The notes below the pieces were generated by a model. The model did no database searches. It saw only the letters and a program-made list of their open reading frames with translations, and was not told where the DNA came from. DNA of 39,308 bases from Shigella phage ESh9, in sequence record ON528722; one strand, given 5' to 3'. The translations under genes were made by a program, and so were the position numbers. Shown here piece after piece: positions 28,096 through 37,090 of the stretch (positions within the stretch are counted from its first letter, which is position 1; each line of letters begins with the position of its first letter).

Positions 28096-28583
28096 AAGTG
28101 CTTCTCAATGCGACCCTTAACGTCTTCCTTCCTGTACTCGAAGGTCTTGCGGGTCTTATCGCTGTGCCACTGTGTCAGCACGTAGCGGTCACTTAGTTCC
28201 TGCCACTGCAAGGACACCACTTCGAGACCACAAGTCCCAAGTCCCAGCTTGAACTCGGTAGACGTCCAGCCTTTGTGCGGAACGTTAGCCACGAACTTGA
28301 TGGCCTTAATGCTTGACCGCTCGCGTAACTTCTGGTGCAACTCTCGGTTGTCTGCTTGCAGGTTCTTCACAAGTTCATCGCGTCCCTCAAGGTCTCCTTT
28401 GAGACGCTCGATTATCCTTTGGTTGTCACGGTCGCGGCTCCAGCAGTTTGCCAGTTTCTCTTCTGCCTCCTTCCGCCCACTCTCACACTCTTGGTACATC
28501 TTACGCATCAGCTTCTTGTCGTCGTAGTGTTTCCATGCGATGAAGCCCATAGCGATGATGATTAGAATCAGTGCGATAGCCAT
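28089..28583 (-). CDS. Hypothetical 164-aa early protein with N-terminal transmembrane helix and coiled-coil (gene 1.05 position)
   Basis: SD AAGAGGA; N-terminus MAIALILIIIAMGFIAW is hydrophobic; heptad-like charged segment RKEAEEKLAN...LQADNRELHQKLRE; no homolog recognised. Confidence 0.7.
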   Translation of the reverse strand: MAIALILIIIAMGFIAWKHYDDKKLMRKMYQECESGRKEAEEKLANCWSRDRDNQRIIERLKGDLEGRDELVKNLQADNRELHQKLRERSSIKAIKFVANVPHKGWTSTEFKLGLGTCGLEVVSLQWQELSDRYVLTQWHSDKTRKTFEYRKEDVKGRIEKHFN

Positions 28584-28650
28584 AAAGTAATCCTCTTAGT
28601 AATCTTAAATTTAAATCTCTTAGGAAGTCTTTAGGGAGACCTTAAGTAGT

Positions 28651-28672
28651 CTCCCGTTAGTGAGGGTTAATG
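28651..28672 (-). promoter_or_regulatory. T3-type promoter between gene 1 and the 164-aa gene, next to an AT-rich tract
   Basis: Reverse complement CATTAACCCTCACTAACGGGAGA; AT-rich 28584-28630. Confidence 0.65.
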
Positions 28673-28683
28673 CTAAGTGCTTG

Positions 28684-31338
28684 TTACGCAAAGGCAAAGT
28701 CAGACTTGAGAATGTCTCGCAGGTTCAGGTTCCCTTTCTTCGGAAGCGGAGGCATCTTGTCCAGTTGGGTCTCGTGTAGCTGGTCTGCAAACTGGTCATA
28801 GAAGTCTGCCAGCACATCGTTGTTCTCGTAGGTGATAACCATCGTCTCACGTACAGCTTTGAACAGCTTACCAGCGTCTGCTGGGATAGTCCCGAAGCTG
28901 TCATGGATGAGCGCAAAGGACTCAATGCCATACTTCTCGTGAGCATAAACGACTGTCATGCGGAGGTGGCTACCGTCCTGTGAGTGAACAAAGTTAGGCG
29001 CGATGCCAGACTCCTGCTTGTGTGCGTCAATGCCTGAATCCTTGAGGGTATTAATCGTCGGTTGCAGACGGAATTGCCCTAAGAAAATCATATCGAGACG
29101 CTTCTGGAGTGGCTTGCGGTATTCCTGCCATACCGGGAAGCCGTCCGGTGTAGTCCAGTGAACCGCGCAACGGTGACGCAGAATCTCCTTGGTCTTCTTG
29201 TCCTTGACCTCAGCAGCCAGCAGCTTAGCGGCAGACTTGAGCCAGTTCATCGCCTCAACCGCTGCTACTACGGTCACGCTCACCGCGTCCCAAATCAGCT
29301 TAGCCATATAACCAGCCGCTTGGTTAGGTTGGGTGAACATCAAGCCCTTACCGCTGTCAATCGCAGGCTGAATGGTGTCGTCCAGTACCTGTTGACGAAA
29401 GCCGAACTCCTTAGAACCGTAAGCCAGCGTCATGACCGAACGTTTAGTTACGCTACGGGTTACACCATATGCCAGCCACTGTTGTGCCAGAGTTGAGGTT
29501 CCCAGCTTGAGCTTCTCTGAGATTTCCCCGGTGTCCTTGTCGGTCACGGTAATCATCTCGTTAGGTGTGCCGTTGATTGCATCCTGTTTGAGAATCTCGT
29601 TTACTTTCTGCGCAACGATGCCGTAAATGTCCTGTACGGTTTCGCTTGGCAGCAGGTTAACCGCACGACCACCTACCTCATCGCGGAGCATCGCGGAGAA
29701 GTGCTGGATACCAGAGCAAGACCCGTCGAACGCCAGCGGCAGAGAGCAATTGTAGCTCAGACCGTGGTGCGCAACACCTGCATACTCGAAGCAGAACGCG
29801 AGGAAACAGAAAGGTGAATCCTGCTCGGCCCACCAAGTGTTATTGATTGGGTCTTTAGCGCAAGCCAGAATGTCGTCTACGTGCTTCTCAATGAACGCGA
29901 TGCGCTCAGGGAAAGGAACCTTATCGACACCCGCACAGTTCGCACCGTGGATTTTCAGCCAGTAGAACCCTTCCTCACCGATTGGCTTGCCTTTAGCGAG
30001 GGTTAGGAGACCCTTGGTCATGTCGTTGCCTTGAGGGTTGAACATCGGAACAGCGTACACACGACCGCGCCAGTCCATGTTGTAAGGGAACCAGATTGCT
30101 TTCTTGTTTGCAAACTTGTTGGCCTGCTCCAGCATGAACTCTAAGCTGATACGGCGAGACACTCGTGCCTTGTCCAAGCGGTAGATACCAGCGGCGGCTT
30201 TCTTCCACTCCTTGAGTGCTGCCTCGTTGGTGTCAATGTCGTCCGGCTTAGGCGGTAACTCTTGGCGCTCCAGCGATGGAATATCTGCGACCGGGCAATT
30301 CTTCCAGTTAACAATCTCGTTGACAACCGCAAGAACTTTCTTGTTGATTTTCCATGCGGTGTTCTGTGCGATGTTGACCGCCTTGTAGACTTCTGGCATG
30401 TAAACGTCTTCGTAGCGCATCAAGCCCTTCTTAGAGTGAGTGCGAACGAGTGCCAAAGGTCTGCGACCGTTAGCCCAATAGCCGCCCCCGGTGATTGCTA
30501 CCCAAGGTTTCGGCGGTACGACACACGGCTGGAACATCGGAGAGATACCCGCCAGAGCGCCTGCACGCTTCGCTAATACGTCCACGTACTCTTGGGCCAG
30601 TTGCAGTGCCTCATGGTCAGAGCCTGCGTTACCTGCGTTGTGGCGCTGTAATTCCACCAGACCCGTGGATTCAATCAGCATTTCAATCAGGCGAATCCCT
30701 ACGTGCATCGTGGTTTCTTTATCCCAGTTAGACCACGCCTCGCCACCAAGCAGACCTCGACCAATCATATCGGCCTCTACCACCTGCATAAATGCTTTCT
30801 TGTAGACCTGCCCGTGGCGCTTGTTAAGCTGTTCCTCAACGTGCTTCTTGAAGTGCTTCGCTTCGAGGTCACGGATGCGCCCGAAACGTGCCTCATCCTC
30901 AATGGCCTTCCCCAGCATACCAGCAGCGGCCTGAATGGTTGTCATGTTCGTGCTGGTCAGTGACGCAAGGATAACTTTCAGGGTGATAAACGCGGAGGCT
31001 TCCGGCTTGAGTAACTGGAGCGGTGCGTATGCGCTAGGCTTGCGGCCTTTCTTCGATGCGTACTCTTCGAGCCACTCGACGATACGTGTGGTTAACTTAG
31101 GGAGAAGCGTAGCGAGTAACGGCTTAGCGGCTGCGTTGTCTGCAATCTCACCAGCTTTCGCTTGACGCTCAAGCATCTTGAGGAAGCGGCGCTCGCCTAG
31201 CTCATAAGACTCATGTTCTAAAGCTAGTTGTTCACGAGCCAATGCGCTGCCGTAGTGGTCTGCCAGTGTGTTGAACGGGATAGCAGCCAGTTCGATTTCG
31301 GAGAAGTCATTCTTTTCGATGTTTTCGATGATGTTCAT
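28684..31338 (-). CDS. 1: Single-subunit DNA-directed RNA polymerase, T3-type
   Basis: 884 aa; MNIIENIEKNDFSEIELAAIPFNTLADHYG...DFAFA recalled as essentially T3 RNAP; the promoters in the window are T3-type. Confidence 0.97.
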   Translation of the reverse strand: MNIIENIEKNDFSEIELAAIPFNTLADHYGSALAREQLALEHESYELGERRFLKMLERQAKAGEIADNAAAKPLLATLLPKLTTRIVEWLEEYASKKGRKPSAYAPLQLLKPEASAFITLKVILASLTSTNMTTIQAAAGMLGKAIEDEARFGRIRDLEAKHFKKHVEEQLNKRHGQVYKKAFMQVVEADMIGRGLLGGEAWSNWDKETTMHVGIRLIEMLIESTGLVELQRHNAGNAGSDHEALQLAQEYVDVLAKRAGALAGISPMFQPCVVPPKPWVAITGGGYWANGRRPLALVRTHSKKGLMRYEDVYMPEVYKAVNIAQNTAWKINKKVLAVVNEIVNWKNCPVADIPSLERQELPPKPDDIDTNEAALKEWKKAAAGIYRLDKARVSRRISLEFMLEQANKFANKKAIWFPYNMDWRGRVYAVPMFNPQGNDMTKGLLTLAKGKPIGEEGFYWLKIHGANCAGVDKVPFPERIAFIEKHVDDILACAKDPINNTWWAEQDSPFCFLAFCFEYAGVAHHGLSYNCSLPLAFDGSCSGIQHFSAMLRDEVGGRAVNLLPSETVQDIYGIVAQKVNEILKQDAINGTPNEMITVTDKDTGEISEKLKLGTSTLAQQWLAYGVTRSVTKRSVMTLAYGSKEFGFRQQVLDDTIQPAIDSGKGLMFTQPNQAAGYMAKLIWDAVSVTVVAAVEAMNWLKSAAKLLAAEVKDKKTKEILRHRCAVHWTTPDGFPVWQEYRKPLQKRLDMIFLGQFRLQPTINTLKDSGIDAHKQESGIAPNFVHSQDGSHLRMTVVYAHEKYGIESFALIHDSFGTIPADAGKLFKAVRETMVITYENNDVLADFYDQFADQLHETQLDKMPPLPKKGNLNLRDILKSDFAFA

Positions 31339-31354
31339 TGCTTACCTCATTGTG

Positions 31355-31405
31355 AATAAATCGTACCTATTCAGGCCACCGATTGATGACCTGTAAGATA
31401 AGACT
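31355..31405 (-). promoter_or_regulatory. Possible RNase III processing site upstream of gene 1 (R1 analogue)
   Basis: ttcaggccaccgattgatgacctgtaag, a diverged copy of the hairpin module. Confidence 0.35.
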
Positions 31406-31408
31406 CTA

Positions 31409-32518
31409 TCAGCCTTGTAGACGCTTGTCAAGGTATGCGTCTATGTGCAACGGTTTGCCCCACTGAATGCGCACCTCGTCGTGCATCATCATTGCCGCAG
31501 CAGCGCGGCGCTCCAGTTCTGCAAAGTTTAGATTGTTGTGGTGCATCCAAGCGTTGCGCCAGTGCTTATCGCCCCACACCATACGCGCCCTAGGCTCATC
31601 CCTGCGATTCTGATTGGCGTCCATGCGCATCCTAGCGAGTACCTTAGCGTTGCGCTTCTCACGCTTAGAGGCCTTTCTGCGCCACTTGATGCGTGCCTTA
31701 CGCGCTACCTGAAAGGTTCCTTTAGGGTCACGTCTAGCCTTGCGTGCCTTGCAGCGCTCGATAGCCTCCTGCGCCCTCAGTGCCTCAATCTCGGCGATTA
31801 GTTCATCCGGGTCACAGTGAAATTCACCCGGCTTTAGCTTGTCGTCTGCGCTGAATGACACCGGGTCTGTGATGATCAAGCGACCCATTTGGTCTTTCAT
31901 CATGTTACCGCTGTGACAATCGAACGATGCGATGCCTAAGAAGAACTTGCGGATATCCTTGCAGGTCTCAATAAAGCCCTCGCTTATCGGGTACTCTTCG
32001 GCGGTGTCGAAGCAATCCTCCTGAATGATTTCCCGTGCGGCCTGAAAGTGGTGACGAATCTTATCACTTTCGCCGTAGCACCAGTCATTGAGTGGCGTCA
32101 GGTAGTCCAGTACCACCGTGTAGCAGCCTGTATGACGCTGAATGTCGTACACCGTAGGGATGCCCTCACGACCCTGATTCATGCGGCAGAAGGCAGCATA
32201 GGCAGCGCCTGAGTCCTCTTTCTTAAAGCCTACCTTGATGACCTTACCCGGTAGCAGTGCGTGCTCATAGGCTGCGCTAAAGTGACCGTTACCTAAGCGT
32301 ACAAAGCCAACATCACGCATACGCTCCGCCAGTGTCTGCCAGTAGTCCATTGATTCCAGACCCCAATTGCCCTTGGCCTGCGTCAGTTCGCCATCTTGGG
32401 TCTCATCGTTCACGATAGCAGCCGCAAGAGCCACCAGCATGGGCTGGCGTTCATCCAATCGGTCAATCGGCAGGTTGCGGATAGCTTCGAGTTCGGCTTG
32501 TGCTTCGGTGAAAGTCAT
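31409..32518 (-). CDS. 0.7: Serine/threonine protein kinase and host shut-off protein gp0.7
   Basis: LGNGHFSAAYEHALLPGKVIKVGFKKEDSGAAYAAFCRM matches T7 gp0.7. Confidence 0.92.
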   Translation of the reverse strand: MTFTEAQAELEAIRNLPIDRLDERQPMLVALAAAIVNDETQDGELTQAKGNWGLESMDYWQTLAERMRDVGFVRLGNGHFSAAYEHALLPGKVIKVGFKKEDSGAAYAAFCRMNQGREGIPTVYDIQRHTGCYTVVLDYLTPLNDWCYGESDKIRHHFQAAREIIQEDCFDTAEEYPISEGFIETCKDIRKFFLGIASFDCHSGNMMKDQMGRLIITDPVSFSADDKLKPGEFHCDPDELIAEIEALRAQEAIERCKARKARRDPKGTFQVARKARIKWRRKASKREKRNAKVLARMRMDANQNRRDEPRARMVWGDKHWRNAWMHHNNLNFAELERRAAAAMMMHDEVRIQWGKPLHIDAYLDKRLQG

Positions 32519-32539
32519 TTCAATGTGTCCTTATGTTAA

Positions 32540-32737
32540 TTAGTGCGTTGCGATGTAGAAGATGCCAACTTTATTGGCCTTAAAGCGTCCGTTACGTTCA
32601 CGAACCGTAAACCGTGGGATGAATCCCCACTTAAAGTAACTCAGCGTTGCCTTGTGTATTACCAGACCTCGCTTAAAGTCTCGCATAAAGTACAGTGCGA
32701 TGCACAGATAGACCAGTGCGATAAAGAGAATCATCAT
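32540..32737 (-). CDS. Small hydrophobic early protein (65 aa)
   Basis: ORF with N-terminal hydrophobic stretch MMILFIALVYLCIALYF; early-region position. Confidence 0.5.
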   Translation of the reverse strand: MMILFIALVYLCIALYFMRDFKRGLVIHKATLSYFKWGFIPRFTVRERNGRFKANKVGIFYIATH

Positions 32738-32928
32738 GCGTGTTTCACCAGTTCGATAGCCTCGCGGCCTCGCCCTTCTGCGTCCAAGTGTTCCATGAGT
32801 TTAACCATCTTGCGATGATAGCGAGCGGCCTTGCGTGACTCAGAGTACCAGCCAGCGACCGCAAAGAGTGCGACAGTGATAAAGATAGCCATTGCTAATC
32901 CTCCTGTAATGTCAATCATAAAGGCCAC
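32734..32928 (-). CDS. Small membrane early protein (64 aa)
   Basis: Hydrophobic helix ITGGLAMAIFITVALFAVAGW; 4-nt overlap with the downstream ORF. Confidence 0.5.
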   Translation of the reverse strand: MAFMIDITGGLAMAIFITVALFAVAGWYSESRKAARYHRKMVKLMEHLDAEGRGREAIELVKHA

Positions 32929-32955
32929 CAGCGCGATGACCTTGAGTTTAACACT
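32908..32955 (-). promoter_or_regulatory. RNase III-type processing hairpin in the early region
   Basis: gtcaatcataaaggccacc...gaccttgagtttaacact. Confidence 0.5.
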
Positions 32956-33238
32956 AGTATTTCAAATCTTTAAGTGCAACCTCGAGTATTGTTTCGATGT
33001 GTGCATCGTTAACGTCGGTTAGGTGCCCTCCGATTATCGTCACCGCGTTGTTCTCAGCGATGATTCTGGTGGTCTCTTTAAAGCCCACTGCATGATAACA
33101 GTCCCACATAAATCGACGGAATGTTAGGCCTTTCTCCTTGTAAGCCCGTGCAACATCCGCAAGACCTCCCGCGTTGTGTGCGGCTCTGGATTCAATTGCT
33201 GACCGCAGAGCTACCGCTGTATCTTTACTTAAGCGCAT
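32954..33238 (-). CDS. Hypothetical early protein (94 aa)
   Basis: ORF between two RNase III-type sites in the early region; no recognisable motif. Confidence 0.55.
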   Translation of the reverse strand: MRLSKDTAVALRSAIESRAAHNAGGLADVARAYKEKGLTFRRFMWDCYHAVGFKETTRIIAENNAVTIIGGHLTDVNDAHIETILEVALKDLKY

Positions 33239-33260
33239 GGTGTACTCCCTTCATAGTCAA

Positions 33261-33312
33261 AAGTGATAATCATAAAGGCCACACATATAGTGCGACCTTG
33301 AGTCTATCACTT
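33261..33312 (-). promoter_or_regulatory. RNase III-type processing hairpin after gene 0.3
   Basis: aagtgataatcataaaggccac...gcgaccttgagtctatcactt with terminal inverted repeats. Confidence 0.55.
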
Positions 33313-33769
33313 ACTGCACTTGCCAGCGGCGTCCGAACTCGTCAATCGTAAAGCAGCCTTGAAGCGGTGCGCCTTTAGGCACTTCTTGGAAGCTACCCGG
33401 CAGACGTTCAGCCTTGTAACCGTCGATTCCTTTAGCGTACACCAGACCAGCCGTGTGAGTCTGTGATTTGTATACCAGTACGCAATCTTGCTCCCACTCA
33501 TTGCAAGCTAAGCGTGCAACATTGAGTGCCTGCGCCTTGTCCTTGCAGCGTACACGAACCGTTTTTTCCTCAGTCGGTGCGCTTGCGATTGCCTCACGAT
33601 AGCACCCGGTCAAATCGGTTGACTCAACGGAGCCATAAAGACCCGGAAAGGCACGTAAAGTGCTAACCATGTGGCGGTGGCGACTCATGTTCACCTCATC
33701 GTCGAGGTTGGAACGGAAAGCTGACACCAGTACATAGAAGACGTTAGCAGGCTCTTTAGTGAAAATCAT
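33311..33769 (-). CDS. 0.3: S-adenosyl-L-methionine hydrolase/lyase (SAMase), anti-restriction gp0.3
   Basis: 152 aa; MIFTKEPANVFYVLVSAFRSNL...GCFTIDEFGRRWQVQ recalled as T3 SAMase. Confidence 0.9.
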   Translation of the reverse strand: MIFTKEPANVFYVLVSAFRSNLDDEVNMSRHRHMVSTLRAFPGLYGSVESTDLTGCYREAIASAPTEEKTVRVRCKDKAQALNVARLACNEWEQDCVLVYKSQTHTAGLVYAKGIDGYKAERLPGSFQEVPKGAPLQGCFTIDEFGRRWQVQ

Positions 33770-33797
33770 TTGGTGTTACCTCATGTTAGTTCGTGTT

Positions 33798-33850
33798 AAG
33801 TGAATATCATAAAGGCCACGCTTTCAGTGCGACCTTGAGTTATTCGCTTA
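33798..33850 (-). promoter_or_regulatory. RNase III-type processing hairpin upstream of gene 0.3 (R0.3 analogue)
   Basis: aagtgaatatcataaaggccacg...gcgaccttgagttattcgctt. Confidence 0.55.
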
Positions 33851-33955
33851 TACATCGGTACACTCAAGAGCTATTTCCAGATTGTTAAAGAGCATGTCGG
33901 TCTGGTTTCGTTAGACCCTAGCGGCTTTCAGTGTCCCGCCTCACTGTCGTTTCAA

Positions 33956-33994
33956 TGTGGTACATCGTACCGTGCTTACTTCATGTTGTCAACC
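33956..33994 (-). promoter_or_regulatory. Host sigma70 early promoter A3
   Basis: Minus strand GGTTGACAACATGAAGTAAGCACGGTACGATGTACCAC: -35 TTGACA, 17-nt spacer, -10 TACGAT; matches recalled T7 A3. Confidence 0.8.
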
Positions 33995-34065
33995 ATTTTG
34001 TTTAACTTTATGTGCCGTGGTGCGCTTAAGTCACCTAGAAGACACCGAAGCGGTGGTTAACGTTA

Positions 34066-34104
34066 TGTGGTACATCTTACTGCGTTTACTTCATGTTGTC
34101 AATG
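34066..34104 (-). promoter_or_regulatory. Host sigma70 early promoter A2
   Basis: Minus strand TTGACAACATGAAGTAAACGCAGTAAGATGTACCAC: -35 TTGACA, -10 TAAGAT. Confidence 0.8.
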
Positions 34105-34194
34105 CCTGGTTTTCGTATGACTTATCAGGCTGTCTACTTATCCGGTTGACTCCGGTATCTCAGGGAGTGGCTTTAGGCCGTTGTCCCGTTGACG

Positions 34195-34232
34195 TGATGA
34201 ATAATAGCCTTAAAGGTAACTTAAAGTCAACC
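34195..34232 (-). promoter_or_regulatory. Host sigma70 early promoter A1
   Basis: Minus strand TTGACTTTAAGTTACCTTTAAGGCTATTAT: -35 TTGACT, 17-nt spacer, -10 like. Confidence 0.7.
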
Positions 34233-34275
34233 ATTAATTTTAATCTTTTATTAAATCCCTAATTCCCTCTTTAAG

Positions 34276-34298
34276 TATCCCTTTAGTGAGGGTAATTG
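34276..34298 (-). promoter_or_regulatory. T3-type promoter at the genome left end (phiOL analogue)
   Basis: Reverse complement CAATTACCCTCACTAAAGGGATA. Confidence 0.65.
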
Positions 34299-34369
34299 AA
34301 TTGACGATAGACACCATAGACAACTACATGGCATCACTACGGGTTAATAGTGGGTCTATCGGTCTGGTT

Positions 34370-34860
34370 GTCTTTAAGATAGCGCCACTCTTTAGGTGGT
34401 GGCTTTAGGTGGTGGCTTTAGGGTTTACTTTAGGAGTCTAACAGATAGGGACACATAGGGATGTACTATCGAACTGGTACACTAGGACACTCTTTAAGGC
34501 CTCCTTAAGCCATCCGCCACTTTAGGTATTGACTTTAGGCACCACTTTAGGCTATCCTATAGGCCACTTGAGGAGAGACCCAAGGTTAACCGAAGGTTAA
34601 ACCCTAGGGGGTAGGGCTGGCTTTAGGTGGCTTTAAGAGGGCTATGGGGGGTACTTGGGGTTCTTGAACTGTGAGATACCCATTCAGATTTTTGTGGTAA
34701 ATTCTTAAAGGGTCTCTTTAGGAACCCACTTTAGGTAAGGCCACACCATAGGTGAGACCATAGGCGCATCCCGAAGGGATAGCTAGGAGACACCAGAAGA
34801 CCCTGTAAGACCATTGCGAACTACAGGGCATCTTTAGGTATAACCTTTAGGGTTGACTCT
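34370..34860. repeat. Arrays of short CTTTAGG (CCTAAAG on the coding strand) repeats in the genome-end / concatemer-junction region
   Basis: About 15 dispersed 7-mer copies, e.g. ctctttaggtggtggctttaggtggtggctttagggtttactttagg; T7-group genomes carry such repeats beside the terminal repeat. Confidence 0.75.
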
Positions 34861-34933
34861 ACAGGGATGAGTAGGTGTAGTGAAACTATACCTACGAATC
34901 CCTCAGAGCCGCTTGTCGGTCATCAACAATAAT

Positions 34934-35083
34934 TTAATCCCCACAAGAGAGTATAGAGCAAAAGGCCACTTCCAGTTGACCGAGGTGGTCAGTAAGACCT
35001 GCGTACCCAAGGGTAGCAGTAAGTACCAGAAGAAATCGCCAAGTGACTCTATGACGCAGTAGGGCAATCAGCAAGCGCAACAT
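34934..35083 (-). CDS. 19.5: gp19.5 (49 aa)
   Basis: SD AAAGGAGGTG then ATG at 35083; MLRLLIALLRHRVTWRFLLVLTATLGYAGLTDHLGQLEVAFCSILSCGD matches recalled T7 gp19.5. Confidence 0.75.
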   Translation of the reverse strand: MLRLLIALLRHRVTWRFLLVLTATLGYAGLTDHLGQLEVAFCSILSCGD

Positions 35084-35223
35084 TGAGCCACCTCCTTTCA
35101 GTTGCTCTAAGGTAGGGTGATTATACAATGATAATATCACCAATCATAGAGGAGACTTAAAGTGCATAAAGGGTCATTGCATAACCTGAATGACTAACCT
35201 ATATAGTAGCTTTAAGTCCCCTC

Positions 35224-35247
35224 TCTCCCTTTAGTGAGGGTTAATTC
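35224..35247 (-). promoter_or_regulatory. T3-type promoter near the genome right end (phiOR analogue)
   Basis: Exact reverse complement of AATTAACCCTCACTAAAGGGAGA. Confidence 0.8.
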
Positions 35248-35326
35248 AAACTCATTGATTCTTAAGGAATTTCTTAAAGTGACCATCCGTGGTCTAATTG
35301 AATCCTTATGCGCTCAATATGCATAA

Positions 35327-37090
35327 CTACCAGTCAATGAACCTGTTGCTATTCACATCGTCATCCTCCCAATAGAGTTCCATACCGTCAACCATAGAGG
35401 TGACTACGTGACCAGCCGAATGGATTGGGTGCTCCATGTGTTCCTCTAAGAACGCCTCAAGCACCTCAGCCTCCACCTTCACGGCGTCCAGTTCCATCGT
35501 AGAGCGTAAGAACTCCACACCCAATGCTAACGCATCAAGTCGGTCATCATGGGCCACAGCGCCCTTCTCACGGGCCATACGGGTCAACTGGTAGAACAGC
35601 GAATAGCGAACGTCATGCTTGCCATCAGCGTCACGGGCAGTCTGGTAGTCCTCACGAATCACCTCATCACGAATCACAAGGCGGTGCGTAGAGAGCACAG
35701 GTTCCAGCGTATCACAAATGCGTAGTTCCTTCATACCACGAGCGCGAATCTCTTCAAGTTGCGCTGCATGGTGTTTCAGGAGCACAGGGCTGAATACCTT
35801 ACCAAACATACCATCCCCGAAGTTACTCTCGAAGACCACTGTCTGAACCTTCCACTGCTTCGCTTTCTTAGCGAGGGACTCAAGGGTCTTATCGGAATAA
35901 CCATCGCGGAACCCGCCAGCTTCCATCAGATAGATGTAGCCGTTCAGGGTGAACAACACTGCGTAACCAGTCTCATCCTTACCGCGACCACTAGGGTCAA
36001 TCACGAGGATGCGTTGCTGGTACTGTCCAGTGTTCTGGCTGCACGAATGATAGCTATGAATATCATCACCCTTAAGTCCCACGTTAGGAAGCTCTTCATT
36101 GCGATTCTGACGGTTCGGAAGCCACTGGTAATGCATTGGGGCTTTCTCGAAGTCCAGACCGCACACGATAGCGTCACGGAGGCGTAAGGGGTACTTCTCG
36201 GCATCACTCAGGTTCGGGTTGAGCATGAACTGCAAAGTGAAGCCAGCCTTACCGTATTCCAACTCACGCTCACGTAGGTCTTCCATATCGAAGCGCACGG
36301 GGTCAGTCGGTTGACCTTGAAGCATCTCGAACCCATCGTTGAACTCTTCGCGGAGCATCGGGGCCAGACGGTCGCCATAGTACAAGTCTTCCTCACGGCT
36401 ACGCGGATAGAGCGCAGGCCAGATTATTGTGGTGTACCCACGGTTATCTTCGAGTTCCTTGTACAAGGTCATTTCGGTTTGAGGCGTGCCAAGGTAGATA
36501 ACGCGAGAAGTAGGCAGCGGTTTCAGAAGCGCAGCAAATTCCTGCACCAGAGTCCACAGCTTCTCACGGGCACCTTGAGTTGCGGAGTTAGACGGAATCT
36601 CAACGTCATCCGCTATGATGATATCAGCACGGCTACCAGTCAACTGACCAGTGATACCCACCGACTTCACAGACGGAGAGTGGTCAGGCTTGGCAGGGCC
36701 AACATCGAAACTAATCACAGAGTCACGCTGACCGGGGCGAGGCTTTAACTCAGCCAAGAAGGGCAGCAGGTCAATGATGTTCTTGATGAAGATGGAGTTA
36801 GCGTCCGCACGTTCTTTGGATGCAGAGACAATCAGTATCTTCAACTGAGGGTCACGCCATAACGTCCACACAACGAACGCACAGGTGATGAATGACTTAC
36901 CGATACCACGGAAAGCCTGTAGGATAAACTTCTTGTTGTCTCCGTTAGCCAGACACCGGGCCATATCAATCTGACACTTAGTCGGTGGCGGGAGAGCCAA
37001 AGCCTTCCACAATACGAACAGGAAGGCCACAAAGTCGCCCTTAAGCTGCGCGATGATTAGCGCATTACGGTTTGCTTGGGTGTCGCTCAT
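35327..37090 (-). CDS. 19: Terminase large subunit gp19
   Basis: 587 aa (T7 gp19 is 586 aa); Walker A-like GIGKS; synteny. Confidence 0.95.
   Translation of the reverse strand: MSDTQANRNALIIAQLKGDFVAFLFVLWKALALPPPTKCQIDMARCLANGDNKKFILQAFRGIGKSFITCAFVVWTLWRDPQLKILIVSASKERADANSIFIKNIIDLLPFLAELKPRPGQRDSVISFDVGPAKPDHSPSVKSVGITGQLTGSRADIIIADDVEIPSNSATQGAREKLWTLVQEFAALLKPLPTSRVIYLGTPQTEMTLYKELEDNRGYTTIIWPALYPRSREEDLYYGDRLAPMLREEFNDGFEMLQGQPTDPVRFDMEDLRERELEYGKAGFTLQFMLNPNLSDAEKYPLRLRDAIVCGLDFEKAPMHYQWLPNRQNRNEELPNVGLKGDDIHSYHSCSQNTGQYQQRILVIDPSGRGKDETGYAVLFTLNGYIYLMEAGGFRDGYSDKTLESLAKKAKQWKVQTVVFESNFGDGMFGKVFSPVLLKHHAAQLEEIRARGMKELRICDTLEPVLSTHRLVIRDEVIREDYQTARDADGKHDVRYSLFYQLTRMAREKGAVAHDDRLDALALGVEFLRSTMELDAVKVEAEVLEAFLEEHMEHPIHSAGHVVTSMVDGMELYWEDDDVNSNRFIDW

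Noticed and set aside
34370-34860. Possible CRISPR array suggested by the short CTTTAGG repeats
   Set aside because: Repeats are only 7 bp, irregularly spaced and lack uniform spacers; they match the T7-group genome-end repeat family.
34934-35143. 69-aa version of the gene 19.5 ORF
   Set aside because: The track ORF begins at a TTG with no SD; the ATG at 35083 has a strong SD and gives the 49-aa product matching T7 gp19.5.
35247-35326. Possible small ORF between gene 19 and the right-end promoter
   Set aside because: Only 16-24 codon frames without a convincing SD; better explained as promoter and UTR sequence.
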